From assembly GCA_047285805.1 (NCBI GenBank), contig JBJBCN010000003.1, forward strand, positions 896,001-960,000: a stretch of 64,000 nt of DNA, in the 5' to 3' direction. Positions within the stretch are counted from its first letter, which is position 1, and the number at the start of each line of letters is the position of its first letter. Both the position numbers and the translations under genes were made by a program. Source of the DNA: Synechococcus sp. (lineage in GTDB: Bacteria > Cyanobacteriota > Cyanobacteriia > PCC-6307 > Cyanobiaceae). The notes beneath the pieces were generated by a model, which was given only the letters and a program-made list of their open reading frames with translations, did not search any database and was not told where the DNA came from. Shown in pieces: positions 19,252 to 27,511 of the stretch.

Positions 19252-19377
19252 GTGCAATTTCTTCGCTCCACCCTTTTGCCAGCTGCGATTGTCCTGCTGT
19301 TTGGTTTGGCCCTCTTCGCCGTGAGTGCCCGCATCTGGCTCCCCGGCGATATGGCAGCCCCTGCGCCGGTTGGTTGA
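19252..19377 (+). CDS. Small single-TM protein, 41 aa, not in ORF track
   Basis: GTG start; MQFLRSTLLPAAIVLLFGLALFAVSARIWLPGDMAAPAPVG; resembles a small cyanobacterial family ending ARIxLPxDMxAPAP (from recall). Confidence 0.75.
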   Translation: MQFLRSTLLPAAIVLLFGLALFAVSARIWLPGDMAAPAPVG

Positions 19378-19415
19378 GCGACTGAGCTGGGAACAGGGCC
19401 CACTACGATTGGCCC

Positions 19416-20216
19416 ATGGAAGCCTCCCCGCTCGAGTCTCCCAAGGGCTCGTCAGACCTGGATTTCGACTCCGAGTTGCTGGAGCGGGAACTCGCTGAAG
19501 AGGATCTTGGCGATCCTCTCGATGAGCTGGATTCCGGAGAGGCCTCACCAGCCGATGCTGCGGCCGAATGCGACTTGGGGTTGCGTTTCCTCGAGGGTAG
19601 TCACGATGAGCAGATGCAGGGGCTACGAATCTTCTGCGAGCACCGAGACCCTCGAGCCCCCGAGAAGCTTTTGCCGCTGCTCGATGCCAGTTGTCCGATT
19701 CTTCGGATGAGCGTCGTTTACGCCCTCGGGCGAAACCCTGCCATCCAAGCACTGACGCCTCTGCTGCAGCTGCTTCAAAACGACAGCAACGGCTACGTGC
19801 GCAAGGCCGTGGCCTGGAGCCTGAGCAGCTATCCAGACGCTCCGATCATGAATCCGCTGATCAAAGCGCTGGAGACCGATATCTCTGCCGTTCGGCTTTG
19901 GGCGGCCAGCTCCTTGGCCGATGCGGGCTCCACCGGCTTGGCGAAGGCTGACCAGGCTGCCGGCCAGCTCCTGTTGGCTCTCAAAATCGATAGTGAGCCG
20001 GTGGTTCGTAGCAACAGCGCCTGGTCCTTGGGGCGCCTGTATGCCGACTTGGTGGAGCCCCGCCAGAAAGAGGTGGTGGAGGCGCTCTTGAACGCCATGC
20101 TCAATGACGCTGACTTGGCCGTCCGTGACGAGGCCCGAATGGCCCTCGAACAACTGGAGAACCCCCTGGTCCTTGAGCGCCTACAAACCCTGGTGGATGA
20201 GGGACTGCTGGCATAA
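19416..20216 (+). CDS. HEAT-repeat (PBS lyase-like) protein
   Basis: Repeated D-x-x-x-x-VR-x-x-A-x-x-L units and an acidic N-terminus. Confidence 0.85.
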   Translation: MEASPLESPKGSSDLDFDSELLERELAEEDLGDPLDELDSGEASPADAAAECDLGLRFLEGSHDEQMQGLRIFCEHRDPRAPEKLLPLLDASCPILRMSVVYALGRNPAIQALTPLLQLLQNDSNGYVRKAVAWSLSSYPDAPIMNPLIKALETDISAVRLWAASSLADAGSTGLAKADQAAGQLLLALKIDSEPVVRSNSAWSLGRLYADLVEPRQKEVVEALLNAMLNDADLAVRDEARMALEQLENPLVLERLQTLVDEGLLA

Positions 20217-20281
20217 GCGGTTGGCCCAGTCACCAGGAGGCTCCCGCGGCTAGCATCACTCAACCCCGCCCGTGACCCGGG

Positions 20282-20494
20282 ATGGCTCAACAGACGATTC
20301 GCTTTCGCATTCGGCCCGATGGCCGCGTTGAGGAGGTCGTTGAGGGCATTGCTGGTCACGGCTGCGAGCAGCTCACCGAGCGGATTGAGGAGAAGTTGGG
20401 CGTTGTTCAACAGCGCCAGCCCACCTCCGAATCCTTCCAGGGCCAAACCACTGCCGTCCAGCCCGAGCAGACTCTTTCGTCCCAGGTCTCCTGA
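20282..20494 (+). CDS. DUF2997-family small protein
   Basis: IRPDGRVEEVVEGIAGHGC motif; overlaps the next start (TGATG). Confidence 0.85.
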   Translation: MAQQTIRFRIRPDGRVEEVVEGIAGHGCEQLTERIEEKLGVVQQRQPTSESFQGQTTAVQPEQTLSSQVS

Positions 20495-20886
20495 TGTCGC
20501 ACTTCAGCACCGTCAAAACAGAACTGCGCGATCGCTCCGCTCTGATTGATGCCCTGAAAGATCTGGGCCACATCCCCACGGAGGGTGAGTGCCAGGTGCG
20601 TGGCTACCGCGGCCAGACCGTGACCGCTGAACTCTCCGTTCCGACCGAGGGTGCCGGCGACCTCGGCTTCCGCTGGAACGCGGCCTCCGGGAGCTACGAG
20701 CTTGTGACCGACCTCGATCTCTGGAGTCAGCCGATTCCCGTTGAGCGGTTCCTATCGAAACTCACACAGCGCTACGCCCTGCGCAGCATCCTGGCCGCCT
20801 CTACTCAAGAGGGCTTCCAAGTGGCGGAAGAGCGCCAGGAGCAAGACGGCACGATTGAGCTCGTCGTTACCCGCTGGAAAGGCTGA
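20494..20886 (+). CDS. ycf35: Ycf35 / DUF1257-family protein
   Basis: MSHFSTVKTEL...YELVTDLDLW...FLSKLTQRYA. Confidence 0.88.
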   Translation: MSHFSTVKTELRDRSALIDALKDLGHIPTEGECQVRGYRGQTVTAELSVPTEGAGDLGFRWNAASGSYELVTDLDLWSQPIPVERFLSKLTQRYALRSILAASTQEGFQVAEERQEQDGTIELVVTRWKG

Positions 20887-20899
20887 ACGCCACGCCAGC

Positions 20900-21295
20900 G
20901 TGGGGATCGATCCCTCTATTGCCTTTTCGGCCGCGGCGGCCCCGGCCCTTGAGCGCAGCGGCCATGAGCCGGTGCTCGGTGGAGCCCTGCGTCAACAAGC
21001 GGTCTGGGTAGACGAGGCCGTCTGTATTGGCTGCCGCTACTGCGCTCATGTGGCCGGCAACACTTTTGTGGTGGAAGCCGAGTGGGGCCGTTCCCGGGCC
21101 ATCCGCCAGGATGGCGACAGCACGGAGACGATCCAAGAGGCAATCGATACCTGTCCGGTCGATTGCATCCATTGGGTGAGTTATGAGGAGCTGCCCGAAT
21201 TGCAGGAGCAGACCATGCAGCAGGAACTGCAGCCACTGGGCTTGCCGACACCTGTCCGTAGCCGGCGCACTTTCCCCAGGCGAGAGCCCCACTGA
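20900..21295 (+). CDS. Single-cluster [4Fe-4S]/[3Fe-4S] ferredoxin-like protein (Fed7-like)
   Basis: VDEAVCIGCRYC...AIDTCPVDCIHW; likely GTG start at 20900. Confidence 0.88.
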   Translation: MGIDPSIAFSAAAAPALERSGHEPVLGGALRQQAVWVDEAVCIGCRYCAHVAGNTFVVEAEWGRSRAIRQDGDSTETIQEAIDTCPVDCIHWVSYEELPELQEQTMQQELQPLGLPTPVRSRRTFPRREPH

Positions 21296-22494
21296 TGCTT
21301 TCGACCCGGCGGTTTGGCCGCAGCGAACTGGCGATGCCGGTGTTGTCCCTTGGCGGGATGCGCTTTCAGCAGAGCTGGTCTGACCTGGCCCCGGATCAGA
21401 TCACGGCCCAGAGCCAGGCCAACCTGCGGGCCACCCTCGCAGCGGCCGTGGACCATGGGTTTCACCACGTCGAGACGGCCCGCCACTACGGCAGCTCAGA
21501 ACGCCAGCTCGGCTGGTTGTTGCCCCAGGTCCCGGATCCCGAACGGATCCTGCAGACCAAGGTCCCGCCCCAGGACGATCCTGCGGCCTTTGAAGCGGAG
21601 CTCGCGCTGAGCTTTGAGCGCTTGTCCGTGGATCGGGTGGATTGTTTGGCGATCCATGGCATCAACCTTCCCGAGCACCTGCAGGCCACCCTCAAACCCG
21701 GGGGTTGCATGGAGGTGGCGCGGCGCTGGCAGCAGAACGGGCGCGTGGGCTGCATCGGCTTCTCCACCCACGGCCCCCTGGCCTTGATCGAAGAGGCCAT
21801 CGCCAGCGATGCCTTTGATTACGTCAATCTCCATTGGTATTTCATTCGCCAGGACAACGGTCCGGCCATTGCGGCGGCCCAAGCCCATGACATGGGGGTC
21901 TTTGTGATTAGTCCCACCGACAAGGGCGGGCACCTGCATAGCCCTTCCGAGCGTCTGCTGGAGCTCTGCGCACCGCTGCACCCGATTGTCTTCAACGACC
22001 TGTTCTGCCTGAGTCATCCCGGGGTTCATACCATCAGCGTTGGTGCCGCCCGTCCGGAGGATTTGGCCTTGCATCTGGAGGCAGTGGCCCTGCTCCCTGA
22101 GGCGCCGGCTCTATTGCCTCCGATTGTGAGCCGTTTGGAGGATGCACGTCGCACCGCCCTCGGCGAGGCCTGGTTGAGCGGCTGGCAGCAGGGGTTACCT
22201 CGCTGGCAGGACACGCCGGGTCAGATCAATCTCTCCACCCTGCTTTGGTTGTACAACCTGCTGGAGGCCTGGGATCTTCAGAGCTATGTCAAGGCCCGTT
22301 ACGGCCTATTGGGCGCCGCCAGCCACTGGTTCCCTGGGGCCAATGCCGATGCGTTGGATCAGCGCGTCAGCGAGGCGGAACTGAGGGCGGTGCTCCAGTC
22401 CAGTCCTTGGGGTGAGCAGATCCCCGGCATCCTGCGCGGCTTGCGGGAGCGGGTGGGCGGTACCCCCAGCAAGCGCCTGATGCAGGACGACTAG
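21295..22494 (+). CDS. Aldo/keto reductase family protein
   Basis: RRFGRSEL...[18 protein letters not shown] and GFSTHG motifs. Confidence 0.9.
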   Translation: MLSTRRFGRSELAMPVLSLGGMRFQQSWSDLAPDQITAQSQANLRATLAAAVDHGFHHVETARHYGSSERQLGWLLPQVPDPERILQTKVPPQDDPAAFEAELALSFERLSVDRVDCLAIHGINLPEHLQATLKPGGCMEVARRWQQNGRVGCIGFSTHGPLALIEEAIASDAFDYVNLHWYFIRQDNGPAIAAAQAHDMGVFVISPTDKGGHLHSPSERLLELCAPLHPIVFNDLFCLSHPGVHTISVGAARPEDLALHLEAVALLPEAPALLPPIVSRLEDARRTALGEAWLSGWQQGLPRWQDTPGQINLSTLLWLYNLLEAWDLQSYVKARYGLLGAASHWFPGANADALDQRVSEAELRAVLQSSPWGEQIPGILRGLRERVGGTPSKRLMQDD

Positions 22495-23219
22495 GCCCCC
22501 AGGGGGAATTTGCTCGGGACCCCCACCGCTCGGGGGTAGGTCTTGGGGCAGGCCTCGTTGGGGCTCAGCACGATCGCCGTGCGCTGGCCGCGCTCCGCGG
22601 GGAGCTCCTGCTGGCGGCAGGAGAGCACACGGGCCTTGAGTTGAGCGGTCGCCTTCTCGAGTTGGCGCTGGTCCTCAGGGCTCCACAGCCCGCGATACAG
22701 CAACGCTTGTCCGCCGGAGGCCACAAGGGGAACGAGGTATTCCGCTACCACCGGGGCGGCGGCCACGGCGCGGGCCATGGCCAGGTCGAATTGGCCGCGG
22801 CAGCGTTTTTGGCGCCCGGTCAGCTCAATGCGCTCGCAGCGCAGTTCCACCCGCCCCCCCAAGCCGAGGCTCTGGGCCATCGCTTCGACGGCCTGGGTTT
22901 TGCGCCCGACGGAATCCACCAGGGTGATCTGCGCCTGGGGGAAGGCAATCGCTACGGCCAGGCCAGGGAAGCCTCCGCCCGTTCCCACATCAATGCAGCG
23001 CAGTGGGGCCTCGGGGTTCTGCTGCAATTGGGGCACCAGGGGCCAGAGGCTGTCAAAGATCTGGGCGACCCAGAAGTCATCGCCCTCCACCAAGCGCGTC
23101 AGGTTGACGCGACTATTCCAGTCGCGCAGGACGTCCTGGAGTTGGACAAAGCGCTGTAGTTGCTCGTCGCTGGGTCTCCAGTGCAAGGCCTCCCATAGTG
23201 CGTCTGCTGGAGCTGGCAT
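22491..23219 (-). CDS. rsmG: 16S rRNA m7G527 methyltransferase RsmG (GidB)
   Basis: [23 protein letters not shown] and YPRAVGVP motifs; start placed at ATG 23219. Confidence 0.95.
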   Translation of the reverse strand: MPAPADALWEALHWRPSDEQLQRFVQLQDVLRDWNSRVNLTRLVEGDDFWVAQIFDSLWPLVPQLQQNPEAPLRCIDVGTGGGFPGLAVAIAFPQAQITLVDSVGRKTQAVEAMAQSLGLGGRVELRCERIELTGRQKRCRGQFDLAMARAVAAAPVVAEYLVPLVASGGQALLYRGLWSPEDQRQLEKATAQLKARVLSCRQQELPAERGQRTAIVLSPNEACPKTYPRAVGVPSKFPLGA

Positions 23220-23274
23220 CCCCTGGGCTGATCTCGTCACACTCTCTAGGATCCTCCTCAACCGGTGTCCTGCG

Positions 23275-23802
23275 TTGGCGGCTGCCAATCATTACGAGCT
23301 GCTGGAGGTGCCCAGCGAGGCGTCCACCCAGGAGTTGCGGCAGGCCTTTCGCAGCCTGAGCAAGCGCTACCACCCGGACACCACGGCCTTGCCCGAGGAC
23401 GAGGCCCGGGAGGCCTTTCGTCGTATCCAGCAGGCCTACCTCACCCTGATTGATCCCGAGCGCCGTCGCAGTTACGACGCCACCTTGCGGGCCACCTCGA
23501 GAGTGGCGGTGCCCCCGCCGTGCCTGCAGACTGCGCCGAAGCCCGTTCCCGTTCGTCGGGCCCTCTCCGGTGGTGAGTGGTTCGCTTTGTTACTCCTTGC
23601 CATGGCGGTGGCCTTCAGCTTGGTGCTGGGTGTTGGCTTGGCCTGGTCCCGCGGAGCCGAGTTCCTCAAGCCCCCCAGCTGGGTCGCCGCTGGTGGGCAA
23701 ACTGAAGGATCAAGTCCCCTGCCTGTGGATGGTGGATCTGCCGTCGCATCAGACCCCGCTGTACAACCATCCGCTTCCGGTGCTGGAGCGTTGGCTGGCT
23801 GA
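23275..23802 (+). CDS. J-domain (DnaJ type III) protein with C-terminal TM helix
   Basis: NHYELLEV...YHPD J-domain; probable TTG start at 23275. Confidence 0.88.
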   Translation: MAAANHYELLEVPSEASTQELRQAFRSLSKRYHPDTTALPEDEAREAFRRIQQAYLTLIDPERRRSYDATLRATSRVAVPPPCLQTAPKPVPVRRALSGGEWFALLLLAMAVAFSLVLGVGLAWSRGAEFLKPPSWVAAGGQTEGSSPLPVDGGSAVASDPAVQPSASGAGALAG

Positions 23803-23995
23803 TCTCGGCGGACTGCAGCGAGGTCACCACTCCTGTGAATGGGATCTGACCACCGTCTCCTGGAGTGCCGAGCTGGTTTTGGGTTCGGAGGAACTCACCG
23901 TGCGTTGGGGGCAGGGTGAGGCCGCCGTGGAGCGCCACTTCCCCTATGGCCTGACCCGCGCGGATGTTGAGGCGGCGATCTTGGCGGGCCCCTAA
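23729..23995 (+). CDS. DUF3143-family protein
   Basis: [15 protein letters not shown]...FPYGLTRADVEAAILAGP; ATG at 23729 overlaps the end of the J-domain gene. Confidence 0.82.
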   Translation: MVDLPSHQTPLYNHPLPVLERWLADLGGLQRGHHSCEWDLTTVSWSAELVLGSEELTVRWGQGEAAVERHFPYGLTRADVEAAILAGP

Positions 23996-24156
23996 AGCTG
24001 GCGCTTGCAGACCTCGCTCTGCTCCTCGCTGAGGGTGGAGAAGGGGCCGCAGTTCACCCAACGCACCAACGACAGCTCGATGTCGGTGAAGAGCACCAGG
24101 ATCCCTGCGCAGAGGGCGGCAACGGCCGTGATGACTGCAAGCGAAGAGGGTTTCAT
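23992..24156 (-). CDS. Small membrane-anchored protein, 54 aa, not in ORF track
   Basis: MKPSSLAVITAVAALCAGILVLFTDIELSLVRWVNCGPFSTLSEEQSEVCKRQL; ATGA overlap with bioD stop; fills the gap exactly. Confidence 0.72.
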   Translation of the reverse strand: MKPSSLAVITAVAALCAGILVLFTDIELSLVRWVNCGPFSTLSEEQSEVCKRQL

Positions 24157-24830
24157 GGGCGGCGCCTGACCCCCTTGAGCTTATGGACGAGATCCAGGGC
24201 CTGCCACTGCGCTTGCAGTGTCGTGGCATCGAGCCTGGGCAGGGGCGGGAGGCAGCCCAGTACGGAGATTCCCGAGACGGCCTCAAGAGTGGCAGCATTG
24301 TTGGGATGGGGCTCCCCGTTCAACAGGATCCCCAGCAGCGGCAGGTTCCGGCGGTGGAGGGCCTCAATCGAGAGCAGAGTGTGGTTCAAGGTGCCCAGGC
24401 CCGAGCGTGCCACAAGGAGCACGGGTAGGTTCCAGCGTTGTAACTGCTCGATTTGCAGCCAATCCAGCCGCAGGGGCACCAGGAGTCCACCGGCGGTCTC
24501 GATTACCAATGGCCCCTCCACGGAGGGGAGGGAGAGCTGTTCGCTTGCAATCGGAGGGCAGTTCCCGGGTTCCAGCGCGGCGGCCCAGTGGGGGGAGACC
24601 GGAGCCTGGAAGCGGTAAGCCTCGGGCAGAACTCGGTCTTCGGGGAGCTCCAGCCAGCGTTGTACCCGTTCCCGATCCCCTTCGCCGTTCTCCAGGCCGC
24701 ACTGCACCGGCTTCCAGTAGGTCGCGTTCAGGCCCTGCACAACAAGGGCGCTGACCACGGTCTTGCCGACATCGGTGTCGGTACCGCAGATCGCCAACCG
24801 CTGCTGCGCGCCGAGGGGTGCCTGGGTCAT
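24153..24830 (-). CDS. bioD: Dethiobiotin synthase
   Basis: GTDTDVGKT, WKPVQCG, ETAGG and LGTLNHT motifs; ATG 24830 overlaps the bioC stop. Confidence 0.96.
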   Translation of the reverse strand: MTQAPLGAQQRLAICGTDTDVGKTVVSALVVQGLNATYWKPVQCGLENGEGDRERVQRWLELPEDRVLPEAYRFQAPVSPHWAAALEPGNCPPIASEQLSLPSVEGPLVIETAGGLLVPLRLDWLQIEQLQRWNLPVLLVARSGLGTLNHTLLSIEALHRRNLPLLGILLNGEPHPNNAATLEAVSGISVLGCLPPLPRLDATTLQAQWQALDLVHKLKGVRRRP

Positions 24831-25609
24831 CGCTTCTGTCCCAACAGCAGCAGTACTTCCCAAACGATGGCCTGCTCGGGACCCGGCCAGGCGCGCAGCA
24901 GGCGCCGGAGTTGGCCTGGATTGAGTTTGGGGCTGCGGGTGGCCTGGGCGCCAATCGCTTTGATCCGCTGCAGGAAACAGAGTCCGCCGCGGTTTGGGCG
25001 GCTGAAGCGCAACACCTGGGCTTCCTTGAGTTCCAGTCGTTCCTGGGCACAGGCGATCAAGCCTGTTGCGCCCGGCAGCTCCAGGGCCGTGCAGGGCACC
25101 CCCGCCCGCTCAGCCGCCTGGTGCCAAAGGGGAAAGCTGCCTGAGGTGGGCAGCCCCAGGATGAGCCAGCCCCCGGCTTGCAGTTGGTCGCACCACAGCC
25201 CGAGCTGGCGCTCCGGCTGGTCGAGCCATTGCAGAGCAAAGCTCGAGGCCAGGCCTGCTGGCTGCTCCAGACCTGGGGGTAGTCCTTGGTTCAAGTCCCA
25301 CTGGATCTGGGGGGCGTGGTCGCCCGCTCCCTGCTCGAGCAGGGCGGAGCAGGCGTCCACCTGCAGCCAGGGTCCCTGGTCGAGGCAGGCGGAGAGGGAG
25401 CGGCTCAACAGTCCCGTTCCGGCGCCTAAATCCGCCAGGGGCCCCGGGGGAAAGCGCAGCCGATAGCGGGCGCTAAGGTTGGCTAGGCGTTGGGCGACCG
25501 CGGCCTGGAGCAAGGCCCTGCTTGGGTAGCGCCTCGCCCCTTCGCTAAAGCAGCTGCGGACCGCCGCGCTAAAGCCCGTTGCCGGTGAATTAGGCCTGGG
25601 CATCGTCAA
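24827..25609 (-). CDS. bioC: Malonyl-ACP O-methyltransferase BioC-like
   Basis: DLGAGTG SAM motif, SSFALQW, and position within the biotin operon. Confidence 0.85.
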   Translation of the reverse strand: MTMPRPNSPATGFSAAVRSCFSEGARRYPSRALLQAAVAQRLANLSARYRLRFPPGPLADLGAGTGLLSRSLSACLDQGPWLQVDACSALLEQGAGDHAPQIQWDLNQGLPPGLEQPAGLASSFALQWLDQPERQLGLWCDQLQAGGWLILGLPTSGSFPLWHQAAERAGVPCTALELPGATGLIACAQERLELKEAQVLRFSRPNRGGLCFLQRIKAIGAQATRSPKLNPGQLRRLLRAWPGPEQAIVWEVLLLLGQKR

Positions 25610-26285
25610 TCCAGTCGAGAACGGCGTCCGGTAGGCCGGGATCGATCAGGGAATGCCCGAGGGCGCTGCGGCTCCAGACCTCGGCCTCGGGGAGGGCTTG
25701 CTTGAGCTCCTCCCGACTGCAGGCGCTGACAATCTGGTCTTGGCTGGCCTCCACGATCAGGACTGGAATGCCGCTGGGGAAGCCGGCCGGTAGGCCGCCG
25801 GTGGAGCCCAGCTGCTCGAGGTCCTCCATTAGTCGGCTGCGGCCCTCAGGGCTAATGCCCTGCTCCAGGGGGCCCTCCGGCAGCAGCGCTCGGGACTGGG
25901 GGCTGACCGCCTGCTGCAGGAAATCACGCAGTTGTTCTTGCTCTTCTCCGGCCCGGATGCGCCCGCCCATGGCCCGAAGGGCGGCGTTGACGGCTCGTCC
26001 CTCCCGTCCTTCGGGGATAAAGCGCGTAAAGCTCGCCAACAGGACGGCGGCGGTGGCCTCACGCCAGAGGGCCTCGCCGAGGAGATGGGGGCCAAAGGAA
26101 TGGCCAATGACCACCCGCCTCTCGCTGCCGGGCGCCCAGCTGGGCTGCTGGGGGGCTTCCTGGCCGTAGCCCCTTTCGCCGCAGCAGAAGGACCAGCCCC
26201 TGGCAGCCGCCGCCCTGACCCAGGGTCCCCAGCTGCGGTGATCCCCAGCCCAGCCATGCATGCCGATGAGTTGGATTCTGCTCAT
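25590..26285 (-). CDS. bioK: Alpha/beta hydrolase, pimeloyl-ACP methyl ester esterase (BioK/BioH-type)
   Basis: HGWAG, GHSFG nucleophile elbow, Asp and GH; lies between bioF and bioC; ATG 26285 overlaps the bioF stop. Confidence 0.75.
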   Translation of the reverse strand: MSRIQLIGMHGWAGDHRSWGPWVRAAAARGWSFCCGERGYGQEAPQQPSWAPGSERRVVIGHSFGPHLLGEALWREATAAVLLASFTRFIPEGREGRAVNAALRAMGGRIRAGEEQEQLRDFLQQAVSPQSRALLPEGPLEQGISPEGRSRLMEDLEQLGSTGGLPAGFPSGIPVLIVEASQDQIVSACSREELKQALPEAEVWSRSALGHSLIDPGLPDAVLDWIDDAQA

Positions 26286-27442
26286 GGTGTCCCCAGGGCC
26301 TGGATCAGCCGAGACAAGGTGCCGGCGGGGCAATCGTGGCGAAGCACGAGCCGCAGCCGTGCCGTCCCATCCGGAACGGTGGGCGGGCGGATGGCCACGC
26401 TCAACAGCCCCGCCTGCTCGAGTTGCGATTGGAGGGCCAAGGCGCGTTGATCGTCACCCACCATCAACGGCAGGATCGGACCGCTTCCCCCCGGCCTCGG
26501 CCAGCCGGCGGTCTCGAGGGCGTTGCGCCAGCGCTCCGCCCGCTCCAGCAGCGCCTGCCGTTCCGGCTCGCGTTCCTGGATGGCCCGTAGGCCTGCAGCG
26601 GCGGCCGCCACCAGCGGCGGGGCGAGGGCCGTGCTGTAGCGGAAGGGGCCGGAATGCTGCAGCAGCCAGTCCCCCACCGTGGCGCTGCCCGCCAGGAAGG
26701 CCCCGCCACTGCCGAAGGCTTTGCCGAAGGTTCCGCTGATCAGGCTGATCTCCGCAATCCCGTAGCCCAGGCCCCGGCCCCCCTCGCCGAGGACCCCGAG
26801 GCTGTGGGCTTCATCCAGCAGCAGTGCGGACCCGTGGCTGGCGCAGAGCTCGGCCATGGCGGCCACATCGGGCGAGCTGCCTTCCATGGAGAACAAGCTT
26901 TCGCTGAGCACCAGCAGCCGGCGCTGGGGTGCGTCGCACCTTGCCCGCACGAGCAGCGCCTCCAGGTCAGCCAGGTTGTTGTGCTGGAAGCGTCGCAGTT
27001 TGGCGCCACTGGCCTTGATGCCCACCAGCAGCGAGTGGTGAATCAGCCGATCGGCGAGCACCCAGGTGTTGCGGTCGGACAGGGCCTGGACGGCGGCGAT
27101 GTTGGCCTGAAATCCGCTCGGATAGAGCAATACGCGCTTGCGCCCGAGCCAGTCGCTGAGGGCTTGCTCCAGCTCCTCGTGGATCGGCCGTGTGCCACTG
27201 ATGAGCCGGGAGGCCCCGGCTCCCACGCCGACCGCTTCAATGGCGGCGCTGGCGGCCCGTTGTAGGGCTGGATCGCGGCTCAGCCCCAGGTAGTCGTTGC
27301 TGGCTAGATCCAGGAGTGGACGCTCCTCGCCAGCGAACGCGGCCTGCCCCGCTGGCGCAAGGCTGCGGAGGCGCCGCCGCCGGGCTACGGGAAGCGCCTG
27401 CAGGTCAGCGGCCAGGGGTGCCAATGGATCGGTTGCGTCCAT
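26282..27442 (-). CDS. bioF: 8-amino-7-oxononanoate synthase
   Basis: SNDYLGL, DEAHSLG, TFGKAFG and IRPPTVP motifs. Confidence 0.95.
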   Translation of the reverse strand: MDATDPLAPLAADLQALPVARRRRLRSLAPAGQAAFAGEERPLLDLASNDYLGLSRDPALQRAASAAIEAVGVGAGASRLISGTRPIHEELEQALSDWLGRKRVLLYPSGFQANIAAVQALSDRNTWVLADRLIHHSLLVGIKASGAKLRRFQHNNLADLEALLVRARCDAPQRRLLVLSESLFSMEGSSPDVAAMAELCASHGSALLLDEAHSLGVLGEGGRGLGYGIAEISLISGTFGKAFGSGGAFLAGSATVGDWLLQHSGPFRYSTALAPPLVAAAAAGLRAIQEREPERQALLERAERWRNALETAGWPRPGGSGPILPLMVGDDQRALALQSQLEQAGLLSVAIRPPTVPDGTARLRLVLRHDCPAGTLSRLIQALGTP

Positions 27443-27511
27443 TGCCCCAGCTCGGCCCTCGGGTGAATGCCCTCAGTTTGCCCGTTTGGCTGGAGCCCAT
27501 AGGATCTGCTA

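Noticed and set aside
22777..23274. Apparent 341-aa protein with an internal J-domain
   Set aside because: The first half is antisense to rsmG; the J-domain protein starts near 23275.
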